This document shows, piece by piece, positions 38,644 to 51,271 of a stretch of DNA of 64,000 bases. The notes beneath the pieces are model-generated. The model was not told where the DNA came from, did not search any database, and was given only the letters and a program-made list of their open reading frames with translations. The translations under genes and the position numbers were made by a program. Source of the DNA: Eledone cirrhosa (taxonomy: Eukaryota). The stretch's first letter is position 1. Each line of letters opens with the position of its first letter. The DNA is taken from assembly GCA_964016885.1 (NCBI GenBank), contig OZ024746.1, positions 12,772,001 through 12,836,000 of the forward strand, in the 5' to 3' direction.

Positions 38644-39680
38644 AAGAATTATGTGTAACTTGTGTTTGCGTGTTGATATTGTATTCGCTTACCTGTAATT
38701 AAGTTGGTTCATTTCGATAAGTTATTTTGCTGAAGGTAACTAAATTGTTTATCTCCAATGGCATACCTCCTCTGACACTTTATATGTTATCGTATTCGCG
38801 ATAACATTCCTTTCCACAGACTGATGCAACTTACAAAGATTTTCAAAACCGCTGTTTGATTGATTTTCGTTCTTTTTTTCTTTTTCTTTTTTTTTTTGTA
38901 TTATTTTATTTTGTCTTTTTTATTGAAAAAGACCAAAAACAAAATAGAAATATTAGTTAAATTGTTTCACAAAAAAATAAGTTCCCAAGTTGAAACAGTT
39001 GCCTCTTCTTACTCGTAATAGGTCATATCCCAGTAGACGAAGAAAACAGTTCTCTTCTTATCTTGCGAAGCTTAACTGTACTTAAAAGAAAGCCCCGTGG
39101 CTTTTTAAAGCTGATACGGCAAGGAATGCTGCACTAGCAAATCCGAAAACATAGTCTTCGGTGTCGCCACTGTTGAATATAGACGTTGAAAGTTCCTTTT
39201 TTATTTAATATAAGTATTTTTTTTGGTTTCGGTAATTCTGTAAAAGACCGTTCCGTGGGACTTGGCACGGAGATAACAAGTCTACCTGTATACAATACCA
39301 AATAGCGAATGTGTAAAAGCTTACAAACTTGTAATCGGAACCCGACAAGCAAGTTAGTCTTAACAGAGAGCGAATATAAAGCTGTTCATGCCTACTGAAT
39401 GTGTCTATTTATGCATATATCGATGTTCTCTATCTATCTATTTTTCTCCCTATGTATGTGCATGTGTAGACACACAATATATATATATAGAGAGAGAGAG
39501 AGAGGTACATATGTGTGTGTGTGTGTGTGTATATATATATAGGTATATGTGTGTGTGTGTGTGTATATATATATAGGTACATATGTGTGTGTATATGTAT
39601 ATGTACATATATACATGTGTGTGTATATATATAGGTACATATATGTGTATACACACACAGACACATACATATAGGTAATA

Positions 39681-39744
<64 letters not shown>

Positions 39745-39807
39745 TATATATATATATTTATATAGGTACATACACTGGTGGTTTTCCCTGTTTTATTGAT
39801 GGCACGC

Positions 39808-39864
<57 letters not shown>

Positions 39865-40189
39865 AGTGTGTTACCCTTTCAACATATTGTATTTTAAAGA
39901 GCTCGGGATTCCTTTTCCTTTGAGCACCTAATTTACAGGGAATAGCGAGAGTCCATGGCTCCGTTAATTTATCGTGATATATATATATGTGCGTGTGTGC
40001 GTATATATCTATCTATATTTAGATAGATAGATATATGTGTGTATGTTAATATCATAACTCTCCAAGAAAAATTAATTAGTGTTTTGTTAGTTTTAATCTA
40101 ATCTAATCTATACACACATATACAAACACATGCATATAGAGGTATACCCCTGCGTGCACACGCGCACACACACACACACACACACACAA

Positions 40190-42242
40190 ATATGTTCGAA
40201 AAGAAGGTCTTTAAAATATCCTCCTCAAGATCCAGAAAACAGCCCAGGTGTCTGTGGCCGGTGCCCTCGCAGCCTCAATCTGCAAAGCCTTGGACTCCAA
40301 TCGACACAACGATTGTTTTATTTCGCTGAACTTGTCCATAGTCTTCTCAACTCTGGTGGCGATCGAGGTGGCTTGTAAACAACAGCGCTGGTCTAGGCCA
40401 ACATCTCGACTTTCAGGCAGATGTCCAAACCCAGTGTCTCTGAGCAGGTTACATTCCACACATTCCTGTGCCCACAATCCTTCACCCTTCATGTCAGCTC
40501 AAAGCATTTACGTGGTTGCGTAAACGCCAAACTTATCAAGGATGATATCTCGGTTGCCATCAGAGTAATTGCTTCTGATGACACCATCCTCTACCCCACC
40601 GAGGAGGTCTTGGCTACTCTTCAGCTTAATCATCCCAATCGACCTACAGACCTTAGACACATACACCCACCTGACCCCCAACCACTTTACATGGCCTCGC
40701 CAACAGGTTCATTCACGACACCCTAACCCTTATTCCTGAGGCCTTTTCGGCACACCTCACCGCTCTTGGGAAGAAAGATGGTGGTTCCCGTTCTGGCGAG
40801 TATCGGCCTCGAAATTAACTTATTCAAGTTGGAAGTTGTCAAAATGTCAAAATTTGGGCTATAAAAAATGTCACAGGCCGTCAACAAGGGTAATTTGTTT
40901 AAAAACTACTGGAAATTTAATGATACAGGTATGTGTATGTACTATGTAAAAACATTCACCAATTTTTCAAAACAAAATTGGGAAAATGGTATGTAATTAC
41001 CCAATTGATTTTATATACATTTTCTTGCTAAATGGTCATTTGCTTTGAAAAGTTATGTAGCAAGTAAAACTTTGCATAAGGTTTGGCAGCCCTGGTCTCT
41101 GCTCAATGTCAGACTTGGCATTACCAATCTATTTTTGCTCCACTACCCCACACATGTGCACGTGGTTCTCCATAATATATTCAAGCCTAATTATTGTGTG
41201 CCGTGAATTCAAGACATTGTAGAATGTCAGGGGTGCAGGATTGTCTCACTGTTCCCCACAAAATACACCCAATCAACAAAACTGAGACAATGTCTAATGT
41301 AGTTCCACCAGTGGCATGCCATTATAGTACTGGCCACCTACCACACCATGCTGCTCTCAATGAGATCAAAAGGAAACTGTTCAGAGACGTGCAACCAAGC
41401 GAATACCCTCCATCAGGCATCTACCATACTCTGAACGCCTTGCTTCCCTGGGCATGGATACATTGAAGCTCAGACGTCTTGCAACTGACTTGGTAAACAC
41501 CCACAAAATTATTAACCATCTTGCCAACAACAGCCCTGAGTACCTTTTTGATTTCCATGTGTCTAACACACGTGGGCATGCCAACAAAGTCAGAAAACAG
41601 CACAGCTCCCATGACTTTCGGAAACATTTTTTCATGCTCAGAGTTGCTGAAGCATGGAACAAACTACCTGCATCAGTTATTAGCTGTCGAGACACTGTAT
41701 CCTTTAAAACCTCCATACTTCCTGAGATTCGACAACACTACACCTAATATTCCTCCTCCATACACATGCACACATGTATATCATGACTCATACACTATTC
41801 ACTTCCCTGACATTTGTACATTATTCTATGTACTACACATGCACCTTTGATGAGTTGTAGTGCATTTGAGCACTATACACAATAATTTCATTATTATTAT
41901 TCATTATTATAAGGCAGGGCCTGAACATCGCAGGCTTCCCTTCCCAGCTCAAGCCAGCGAGGCTGAACCAGGGAGACAGTAAAAGGCTAAATGGCATAAC
42001 AATCTTCCTGCTCCGCAGTCGTAGGTCCCAGCGGCAACCTTGTACTTTACGCTTATCAGGCTGAAGAGGGCAAACTATCGAAGTATCAGTTGCTCTCCGA
42101 TAAGTTTGTGGTTGAGCCTGTGGCAGTGGAGATTTTTGGTGTTCTTGGCCCCCTTCAGACCATATTCTTACTCAATGCTATCCTCCGGAGCAACATCTTC
42201 TCCATTCTGTCCGCTGGGACCACAAGATGGTCTAACTCTTTA
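40190..42242 (+). mobile_element. Second CRE-clade element, fragmented and interrupted
   Basis: CVNAKLIKDDISVAIRVIASDD...LATLQLNHP and AHLTALGKKDGGSR (40515-40795); HAALNEIKR (41345-41373) continues after a CR1 insertion as QGLNIAGFPSQLKP...GDSKRLNGITIF, then AEEGKLSKY...VEPVAVEIFGVLGP. Confidence 0.72.
41374..41910 (+). mobile_element. 5'-truncated CR1-type LINE nested in the CRE element
   Basis: ETVQRRATKRIP...TRGH...AWNKLP...stop at 41747, then 3' UTR and (att)n tail. AAGG is present on both flanks (41370-41373, 41911-41914). Confidence 0.9.
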
Positions 42243-42879
42243 AAGCATAGACTTACGTCCCTTCATGATCTGAGTTCAAATCCCGCCGAGGTTAACTCTG
42301 CCTTTCATCCTTACGGGGTCGATAAAATAAAGTACCAGAAATGTACTGGGTAATTGCTGGCCTTGTGCCAAAAGTAGAAACAACTATTTTTTTGTTCTTC
42401 GTTTTATTTTTTATTCTATTCGTTGGGCACATATAACTCTTCCTTACCAAACCACCACCACATTGTTTTTAATTATTATAATAAAATTAATATTTAAACA
42501 ATTACAAGTCAAAAGATACCTAGACTAGTCATCAAATAAAAATTAATTTACCCATCTCGATGGCCTAGTGGGAGGTCTTAGAGAAGGCGGTGATCCTGGT
42601 CAGGAGTTGCATGTAGGGGGGGGGGGGGCTTTTGCTACTTTTTAGAGAAGGCATGTGGCTTTGTGGTTAAGGCATTCGACTCGCAATCATAAGGTAGTGA
42701 GTTTTATTCTCAGTGGAGCGCTGTGTCCTTGAGCAAGACACTTTATTTCACGTTACTCCAGTCCACTCAGCTGGTAAAAGTGAACTGTACCCGTAATTCA
42801 TTAGGTGGTGCCCATGAGGATGCTTGGTTATTCCAACAACTTAGCCTCGCCATCACCTGCAGCAGTGCAAAGGAATCAC

Positions 42880-43185
42880 CCAGCACGTGAGTCACTTTGA
42901 AGATCTGCTGACCACAGTGAAAAGGAGGAAGTTGAGGTGGTATGGGCATGTGACAAGATCAGACGGACTCTCTAAGACAATTGTCCAAGGAACAGTGCAG
43001 AGGAAGGAGGAGACGGAGCAGACAGAGGTAGTGGTGGACAGACAACATAGCTGAATGGACGGGGAAGAACTTTGCCACAACTTAATCACTCACCAATGAT
43101 TGACAGAGATGGAGACAGTTGGCGCAGTGTTCAACACTGTAGTGTCCCAACGACCATTAAAAGGGTTAAGGGACCATCATGATGA
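42880..43185 (+). mobile_element. RTE/BovB-type LINE 3' fragment
   Basis: EDLLTTVKRRKLRWYGHVTRSDGLSKTIVQGTV...WTDNIAEWTG...RWRQL, then a short gat-type tail. Confidence 0.8.
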
Positions 43186-43689
43186 CCCTGTGAATGAAAA
43201 CCAGATTTTTCCTGAAGAGTTATACCTAAACTAGGCCTTCAGTTTATCAATTCATTGATATATATATACGTATATAATATCACGTTATATATAAATAGTA
43301 ATTTATTCAGTGACTATCCGTCACTTATAATTTATGTTACAGGGGAAATAACTTTTACCTATCAATTTTAATCTACCTACGAAAATAAAAAATGAGAATA
43401 GGAATATTTCTGTACAATTTATTTATTTGTTCCAACAAATACACAATGATCACCAATCTAAAAAAAAAGGGGGGGGGTAGAATATAGGTTGGTTATAGAA
43501 AGAAACTAATAATATATTAAAAGTCAATGTTTAATAAAAAATAAAACTTGTTAGTAATTTATTAACAATTATTATTTCTATAGGTTAACTTTGCCTTTCA
43601 TCCTTACGGGGTCGATAAAATAAAGTACCAGTAATGCACTGGGATGATTGCTGGCCTTGTGCCAAAAGTAGAAACAATTATTTCTATTA

Positions 43690-44850
43690 AGTTTCATGTT
43701 GTAACATTCTCAAACTTACTCAAGTCTTCCGATCAATATGATACACACAGATTTGATATTATCATAATATAGTCTGATTGTCATGTCGGTCCCTTAGCTT
43801 CTCAAGCCTTGCATCCAAACTTCAACTAACTGCTCCCAATGCGCCAGCCGTAATTGATACCATTTCGCGTGTCTGATTCTCCTTAGTTTCCTGATTTCCC
43901 TCTTCATTTCCTGGTTTTTCTCAACTTTCTCACTTTCCTTCTCATTCACTCGGTGGTCCAGCCTTGTTATTCTTCTTTTCTACGACAACAATGCCAGGCT
44001 TTCTAGCCACGATAAATTGGTCGCACTGTATGGTCATGTCCAACAAGATACTGTTCGTTTTCAGCAACCCTTTCCAGTTGATGCTCATACCATTTCTCTC
44101 TTCTGCTCATATCATATTTACGACAGATCCTCCTATGAACCAATCTGCCAATGTTGTCATGCCTTCTCTTGAACTCTTTCTGAGCAATCATCTTACATTC
44201 ACTAATAATGTGGTTTATTGTTTCACTTTTCTCACCACACAACCTACAAAGTGGAGAATTTACTGACTTGTTAATATTGAACTTGATATAGTTCGTTCTC
44301 GGTGCCTGTTCCTGGGCTGCGAAAATAAAGGGCTTCAGTTTCAATTTTTAAGTCGATTTTCCTAGTCTATTCCCAGTTCTTATCTTTGTCAACTGTCTCA
44401 GGCATTTCCTACAAGAATTGACCACACTTTATTTTTTTATTTCCATCTATTCAAGGTGTCATTCTGTCTTGTTTGACTCTTTGTTTCATCACTGTTCAGG
44501 ACCTTTATCTTTCTTACTCCTGCCATCAATCTCTCCTTTGAATTCTTTACATACCATGCCAGATTATTTTCCTCCAACTTCACACACATTTCACAGCTAA
44601 TGAGACCTCTTTCTCCTCTCTGTTGTGATAGATACAACCTGTCCACGTCACTTTATGGTGTAGTCTCTTGTAATGTCATCATTGTCCTCGTTTTTCTATC
44701 ACATCTCCACTCGATCACACTAACGCTATACCTTACAGCTGCAACAGCCCATGTGTTGATAGCCAGTATCTTATTCCTACCACTTTGTCTTTAACACCAA
44801 TGTCAGCCTCCATTTATATTCTTTTAATAATAGTTCTTTTATTTCCTTCT
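43690..44850 (-). mobile_element. R4/Dong-clade (RLE) non-LTR retrotransposon fragment
   Basis: AINTWAVA, DVDRLYL..RGERGL, FIFAAQEQA.RTNYIK, CRLC...ETINHIISEC (CCHC knuckle), RRHDN, KWYEH, ARKPGIVV; frameshifted. Confidence 0.82.
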
Positions 44851-45769
44851 CTTTCGTTTGGTTTATTTCTCTTATTTCTTTCTCTGGAAGAAATCGACGG
44901 CCTTTGAACTTGGGGAAGGTTCAATTTACGACGGCTCCCCAATAACTAACTCCATTAGAAGTTATGGGATCGGTGACAAAACTAGTATTATTTATGAAAA
45001 TATCGATGGTATGCAGAAACTAAGATCATCTTCGAGCTCGGCGCCAAAAAATACAGCTACAACCCACAAATTCAGATAAACAAAACACGCCCCTTGTGAT
45101 GTGTGATTAAATGTGCGAGATCTCTCCATATACACACTCTTTTCTTCTTTATTTATCATGTATTATCTAATGTTATCCTATATACACATTAAAATACAAG
45201 TAAATATGACCCTATAGCACTTAGAAATATCTATACTTGTCGTATTTAATAAAATAGCTTCGCTAAAGTGACGCTCGTCGCAGAATTGAAATATCAGTGC
45301 TTGAAGTTTTACTTCTAATTACCTAAGACAGTTTACGGCTAAAAATACTAAAACGAAAATAAATACGATGAATAAAAATGAATTCGTAAGTTTTATCAAT
45401 GCAGAAATTTAATATGGGTTTAAATTAAAATGTAGAAATTACAATATTTTAAACTCAAACGTTTACTAAAAATCCTGGAAAAATCACAAAGTTCATTATC
45501 TACACTACTTATAAATAATAGAAAATAAAAGAACTAGAATTTGGGCCGAATAGATCCCACTCAAAATCGCAGGCCTATGACAACTGGTCTATCTGTCCTT
45601 CCTCATTTGGTGTGAGGGAATAAATTATACGTCAGTAGCAAGCACACCAACACGAGGAAATATATACTCAATACACTACAATATGTTTAACTGAAGTTTA
45701 AACTTAACTATTACGACCCTATAATAGTAAAATTTCAGGTTCAATTAAATATTGTATATACAATTAATA

Positions 45770-45839
<70 letters not shown>

Positions 45840-46169
45840 TCACGTGTATACATACATAACAGATTATATAAAATTATTGTTTAATTATATAAATATCTCT
45901 CTCTAAGGGCGATGAACTGGCGGAATTGGTTGAGTGTCAGATAAAATGCCATTGCAGATTTGTTCTGATTTTTTACATTCTGAGTTCAAATCCTACCGTT
46001 GTCAACTTTGCTTTTCAACTTTCCGGGGTCGATAAAATAAAATTTCAGTCAAGTACAGCTGGTGATTTAATTAACTTTACTATTCCCCCTTAATTTGCTG
46101 GTCTTGTGCCAAAAGTAAAAATCAATTATTTATAATTAGATATACTCTACTTGTCAGTCACTGATGCAA

Positions 46170-46300
46170 ATAAGCGCGACGGCGCTGTAATATTAGCGGA
46201 AATGAGGAACTCTCCTCTCATCATCCGGGTTGTTTTAGAGGCCATCTTTGGTTTCTTATTACACAGAAAAACGCAGCGATCAGAAAAATTTGTCAGAAAA
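46170..46300 (+). promoter_or_regulatory. Probable ZNF207 promoter / TSS region
   Basis: CpG-containing patch 250-350 bp upstream of the ATG with GCGGAAAT (ETS-like, about 46196) and GGCCATCTTT (YY1-like, 46240-46249). Confidence 0.4.
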
Positions 46301-46536
46301 CTCACTATTTCCTACAATTTAAATAATAACCATCAAAGACAACAACAATAAAAGTTGTTTTAGATCAAACTGTTTTAAGTATAAATACTATTTATTATCT
46401 CTTAAATACTAACTACCTCATTTCGACCAACATCAATCGATATAATTTTTTTAAATATTATTCACATATGAATTGTATATTTCCAGTATTAATTAGGAAA
46501 TAACTTCAAAACTTCGAAAAAAAATTAATAATAATA

Positions 46537-46577
46537 ATGGGTCGTAAAAAGAAGAAGCAGTTAAAACCTTGGTGCTG
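46537..46577 (+). CDS. ZNF207: ZNF207/BuGZ exon 1
   Basis: MGRKKKKQLKPWC-TG, the conserved BuGZ N-terminus, followed by GTATCCTTT. Confidence 0.95.
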
Positions 46578-49500
46578 GTATCCTTTATATTTTATCTTTT
46601 TTCTATTATTCCTTTAATGTGCGTATGTATTATTTATTACTCTAAATGTTACGTAAAGACAATGTATATGTCTATTGTAACATTGCATTTCTTTCTATTC
46701 TATTTCTAATCCATTTGATTTTGTTTAATATTTTACATTTTCTTTCGTATATAAATTTGATAGACGTGTTTGTAATCGTTGGCTTTTTTTCAATCTATTT
46801 ATACAAAATATCGCGCCTTAACAATAAAAAGGATATTTCCGGTTAATATATATATATTTTATGGAAAACGTTTGTTAGTCATTTTGGTGCGTAAATAGTC
46901 TCCTGTATCATTTTATTTTTTAGGGCAAATTTTAAGGATTACTCTTCTTTTAATCTCATTGTTTCTCCTATCGTATTTCTTTGTTTAATTGATTGATTAC
47001 AAGATTGATTACAAGAATTGATTGATTACAAGAAAGAAATCAAATTGTGTGTATTACGAACCACAAATTTCCTTTGTTAGCTTAGTTAATATTGTGATCA
47101 TTCTCAGTTTATTTATTTACATAACCAATAAGTATTATACGTATATATATAATTTCATATTAAATATATAAATATATATTTCCAACTTTCTTCTTCTAAG
47201 GTGATTTTTGTTGTTATAATCCAAGAGAAAAGGCATAAATAAATGTCACAGGATCTTATTTCTTCCTTCTATATTGTATAAAGGCAATATAGTTGTAGGA
47301 AAAGGGGTTAATATGTCAATTGAATCGACTAATATTTTACTCGTATTTTGTTTTTGTTTTGTTTGCTTTTTTACTCAGAAAGCATGAAATGTAAAGTTTT
47401 AGTTAAGTGAAATAAGAACAAAGAATATAAAAGAACGGAACTAATTATTATTAGGTATTTGTTAGTGTGCATCACCGTTTCTTTTCTTCCATTAAATAAA
47501 TTGTAATAATTGTAGCTCTTCCTTAATCTATGCCGTTAGCATAAATGTATAATTACAATACAAACTGTGTTATATATATTTGGTTCTAATCTCATATTCT
47601 CTCTCTTTAGATACACAATTATATAGACTTTCTATATTTTGACAATCCTTCTAATCTTTTCTTTCCAGTTTCAAAAATTCTCATAGCTTCTATTGAGAAA
47701 CTGTAACCATTGAATTGTTTATGCAACTAACTTCACTTCAGTTATTAATATCCCATAGTTAAGATAACCATTGGGTGATAACTAATATTCACTAATTTTA
47801 ATAGCTTTATCAATATGTGCAACTTACTGTCTTTATTTTCAATACTACTTCGTGTTTATTTGGTTTGTCTTTTGTTATTGTTATTCTACTGGAGACATGC
47901 CAACTTTTCAGTTTTATTTTTTAACGGAAGTGACTTGATTATTACTAACAACGCCCACTTTATTACAAGTTGCTACAAGTTAAAAGCACAACTAAATAAG
48001 ATTTATTGACATTGTTTACACTAAAAACCATTTCAATTTACTTCCTCGGAGGCCACTTCCGGCTGTCATTTTATAAAAGAAATCTTGATACTGAAACGAG
48101 CCTGTTTATATATAAGCTTCATTCTTCCATTGTAATAAGCACGAGTAGTAAATATATTGGGGATGATGGAAATAGTCTTTACTTTCTTTGTGTTAGGTTT
48201 AAAAACATTATTGCCCATGATAAATAAACTTTCGTTGTACCCTATAGGAATTCTGTTTCGATTGCTGATTATAACCACATAAGCCGCTAGTGACCTTGAA
48301 AAAGACATGACTGTTGCACTTTTAAATTTCCCAGTTCTATAAATGTGTAATTTTGAGCTTCCATTGGAAGAAACGGTAAAAAATGAGTCGGAATCTTGCC
48401 AAGAGGATTTCATCTTCCCACCTCCCCTTCAAGAATCAATAAGAAACAACAGCATTAATATTGATACGTCGTAAATTAATAAAGACAGCACATCCCGACG
48501 ATTGATCGAAATTCATATGCCTAATGATATTGATTAATGTCAATGAAATAATCAAACATTTTTAATTGATGTCCACTACGACTGCTTGCATGGTAGCTTC
48601 CATATATTTCCAGTGTAGTTATGTACGAGTGATACAATCGATTTAATTCACCTAAATGTACACCTCTCTACAACAGTTGTGTACCTTTCCTCCACTAACA
48701 GGATAAAAGGATCAACAATAGTGAAATGATATCTAACTAGATGTATTTCATTTATATATCCTTAATGTTCTTACAGAAGTCCATGAACGCCCTAAGCATT
48801 CTGTTTGTTCAGTTCTTGTTTTTTTTTTTAAGGATCTCTTGTTTCATAGCTTTTCTTGGAAGTAATCATTAAACATGATAAATGGAACGTTGTTGATTTA
48901 TTTATTATGCTCCTTCCCATGCAAAAATTGGTCTTGTGCCAGTCTAGTTTGAAGAAACTATTTCATTCTTTGATTTATTCTTGATTTTTAGTTTCCATTC
49001 AGAAACACTGATTCATTCATATAATTGACATTGGTATGTAGGTCACAACTTCCTATTACCATTCCCTTATCAAATAGTTGGCATCGTCTGAGACATTATT
49101 ATTATTATCCAGTGGATTGGCACTATCGGTAGAGGGTTGGACGCCATGCTTTGCAGCACAGCTACGTCCCTTTACGGACTGAGTTCAAATCCCGCCGAGG
49201 TTAACTTTGTCTTTCATCCTTACGAGGTCGATAAAATAAAGTACCAGTAATGCCCTGGAATAATTGCTGGCCTTGTGCCAAAGTAGAAACAATTATTATC
49301 CACCTCATCAAATTTCCCTGTACCTCCAAGCTCGTATATTGCGGCATGTAGGAGAGTGATCTTGTTATGTATGTAAGAGATTAGGTTAGCCCTGAATGAA
49401 CAGATTTATAATCATTCCATTATTTTGCCAGTGTATCTAGGACTACATTGTCCAATGTGTCCTTTTATTTAAGGGAGATTTGTCTGGTATTTTTAGCATG

Positions 49501-50289
49501 TTGAACAACTGCATAGAGACTCCTTCATTAGATCGTGTAGCATTGGTGGTGAAGTTCAAATCTCTTGTCTATTTACTTTTTTGTTGCCATATTTCTATTG
49601 ACAGACTCTGCCTATGATATTCAAATAATTTTGGACAAGAAACGATTTCTAAGACCCCATACAACCTATGAATTCATTCATTGAAATTAACCTTACTTAA
49701 CTGGATGCCCTTTCCTCTTACACTCCTGTGAATTGTAGATATTCATAAAAACTTAATGTCTTGATTTTGTAGCCCGTTCATCAATTCTAAGATATTCCTT
49801 ACTCCAACTGTGCTAAGGAATATCTTAGAATTGTATCCATCAGTTTTATATTGATTATAAATGGCACAAAATCTGGTAACCTTGAAGTATTTTGTGCCAC
49901 TTGTAAGAAAACTTTTTAAGAATTCATCCCTTGTTTTTGCTTTATTTTTAATAACCATATTGAAAAACTTTGTTGATAATTAATTCTGTATGATGCTTTT
50001 AAAACAGATTTATATTGAAAAACTTTTTTGTGTATTTATTGTCTCCACTGCACAAATTACATACTAATATGCAATTGTTCCAGAGAGTCAGTTATGATGA
50101 TGCCAGTATTAAGACAGCAGATATAATTCCTAAAATACCAGACCAAATGAAAAAATTTACTTGTAGATACTTTACCCAAATCCTTAGATTTAGTTTGGTC
50201 TGTGGAACAACTTTACACAATGTTTTAAAAGAAGTATTTGTTTGTATTATTTTAGTATTCTGCAAGTTGTTTCCTTAATTATAAATCAG
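46578..50289 (+). other. U12-type (minor spliceosome) GT-AG intron 1 of ZNF207
   Basis: 5' site GTATCCTTT; branch site TTCCTTAAT at 50271-50279, about 10 nt from CAG (50287-50289); no polypyrimidine tract. Confidence 0.92.
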
Positions 50290-50416
50290 GTACTGTAACA
50301 GGGAATTTGACGATGAAAAGATTCTTATACAACATCAAAAAGCAAAGCATTTCAAATGTCATATATGCCATAAGAAACTTTATACAGGACCTGGTTTATC
50401 GATACATTGTATGCAA
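50290..50416 (+). CDS. ZNF207: ZNF207 exon 2 (two C2H2 fingers)
   Basis: (W)[42 protein letters not shown]; GTAAGT donor. Confidence 0.96.
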
Positions 50417-51138
50417 GTAAGTTACTAATTTTTATTAAAAACTTTTTTTAAAGATTTGTTGCCTGAATTAACACGTAAAATTTAGTCTACTAAACATTTT
50501 CCAGGTGCTTGACCACTTCATGTGTTGGACTGTACCAGTAGCATTTGATTCAGTGTAGGTTAGAGATAAAGGTTGAGTAAACATGATGGGTTTGGTTTGT
50601 ACTAGCATTATCTGCTAGTGATAAATTCCCATTGCTAACAGAAGTACTCCATATAAGTTAGTGTAACTTGTGTTTACCCTGTATTGATTATTGATTTCAT
50701 GTTCAGTAATGACTTAAATAGATTTGGTGTATGTCATAATGACATAAGCTTCCAGTAAGTTATGCCAGTCCATTGTTGATTATTGGTTGGTACTACTGTA
50801 TATCACTTATGTCTTGTATCTGAGTTTGATGTGCTAGTAGTTTAGAAAAGGATGATCTTTAGCAAGCTAACCAATTTGCTTTCAGTGATTAGAAACATAG
50901 TAAATCCTTTAGAGAACTTTTCTAGTGTCACAGAACTATTCCATTTGTATTTTGTAATATCTTAAATTCTATGAAGACTAAGTGTTTGTATTTTTTAATT
51001 AAGCTTTGATACGAGTAGTATTCCACCAGACAGCAGCCCTTTAAAAAAATGTTATAATCTTGGTTTCATTTCTATGTTTTTGTTTTTAACATGTCCATAG
51101 AAAATAAACATTACAACTATTTTTTTTCTTTCATGTAG

Positions 51139-51271
51139 GTTCATAAAGAAAAAGTTGATAAAGTTCCCAATGCATTACCTGGTCGGAATAACATAGAAAT
51201 AGAAATCTACGGAATGGAAGGAATTCCAGAAGAAGATATGAAAGAACATGAAAAACACAAACTTGGAAAAG
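51139..51271 (+). CDS. ZNF207: ZNF207 exon 3
   Basis: [44 protein letters not shown]; AG/GT boundaries, phase 0 to 1. Confidence 0.95.

Noticed and set aside
40872-41094. hAT-like MITE (ggtttggcagccctg end)
   Set aside because: Only one convincing terminus and no TSD.
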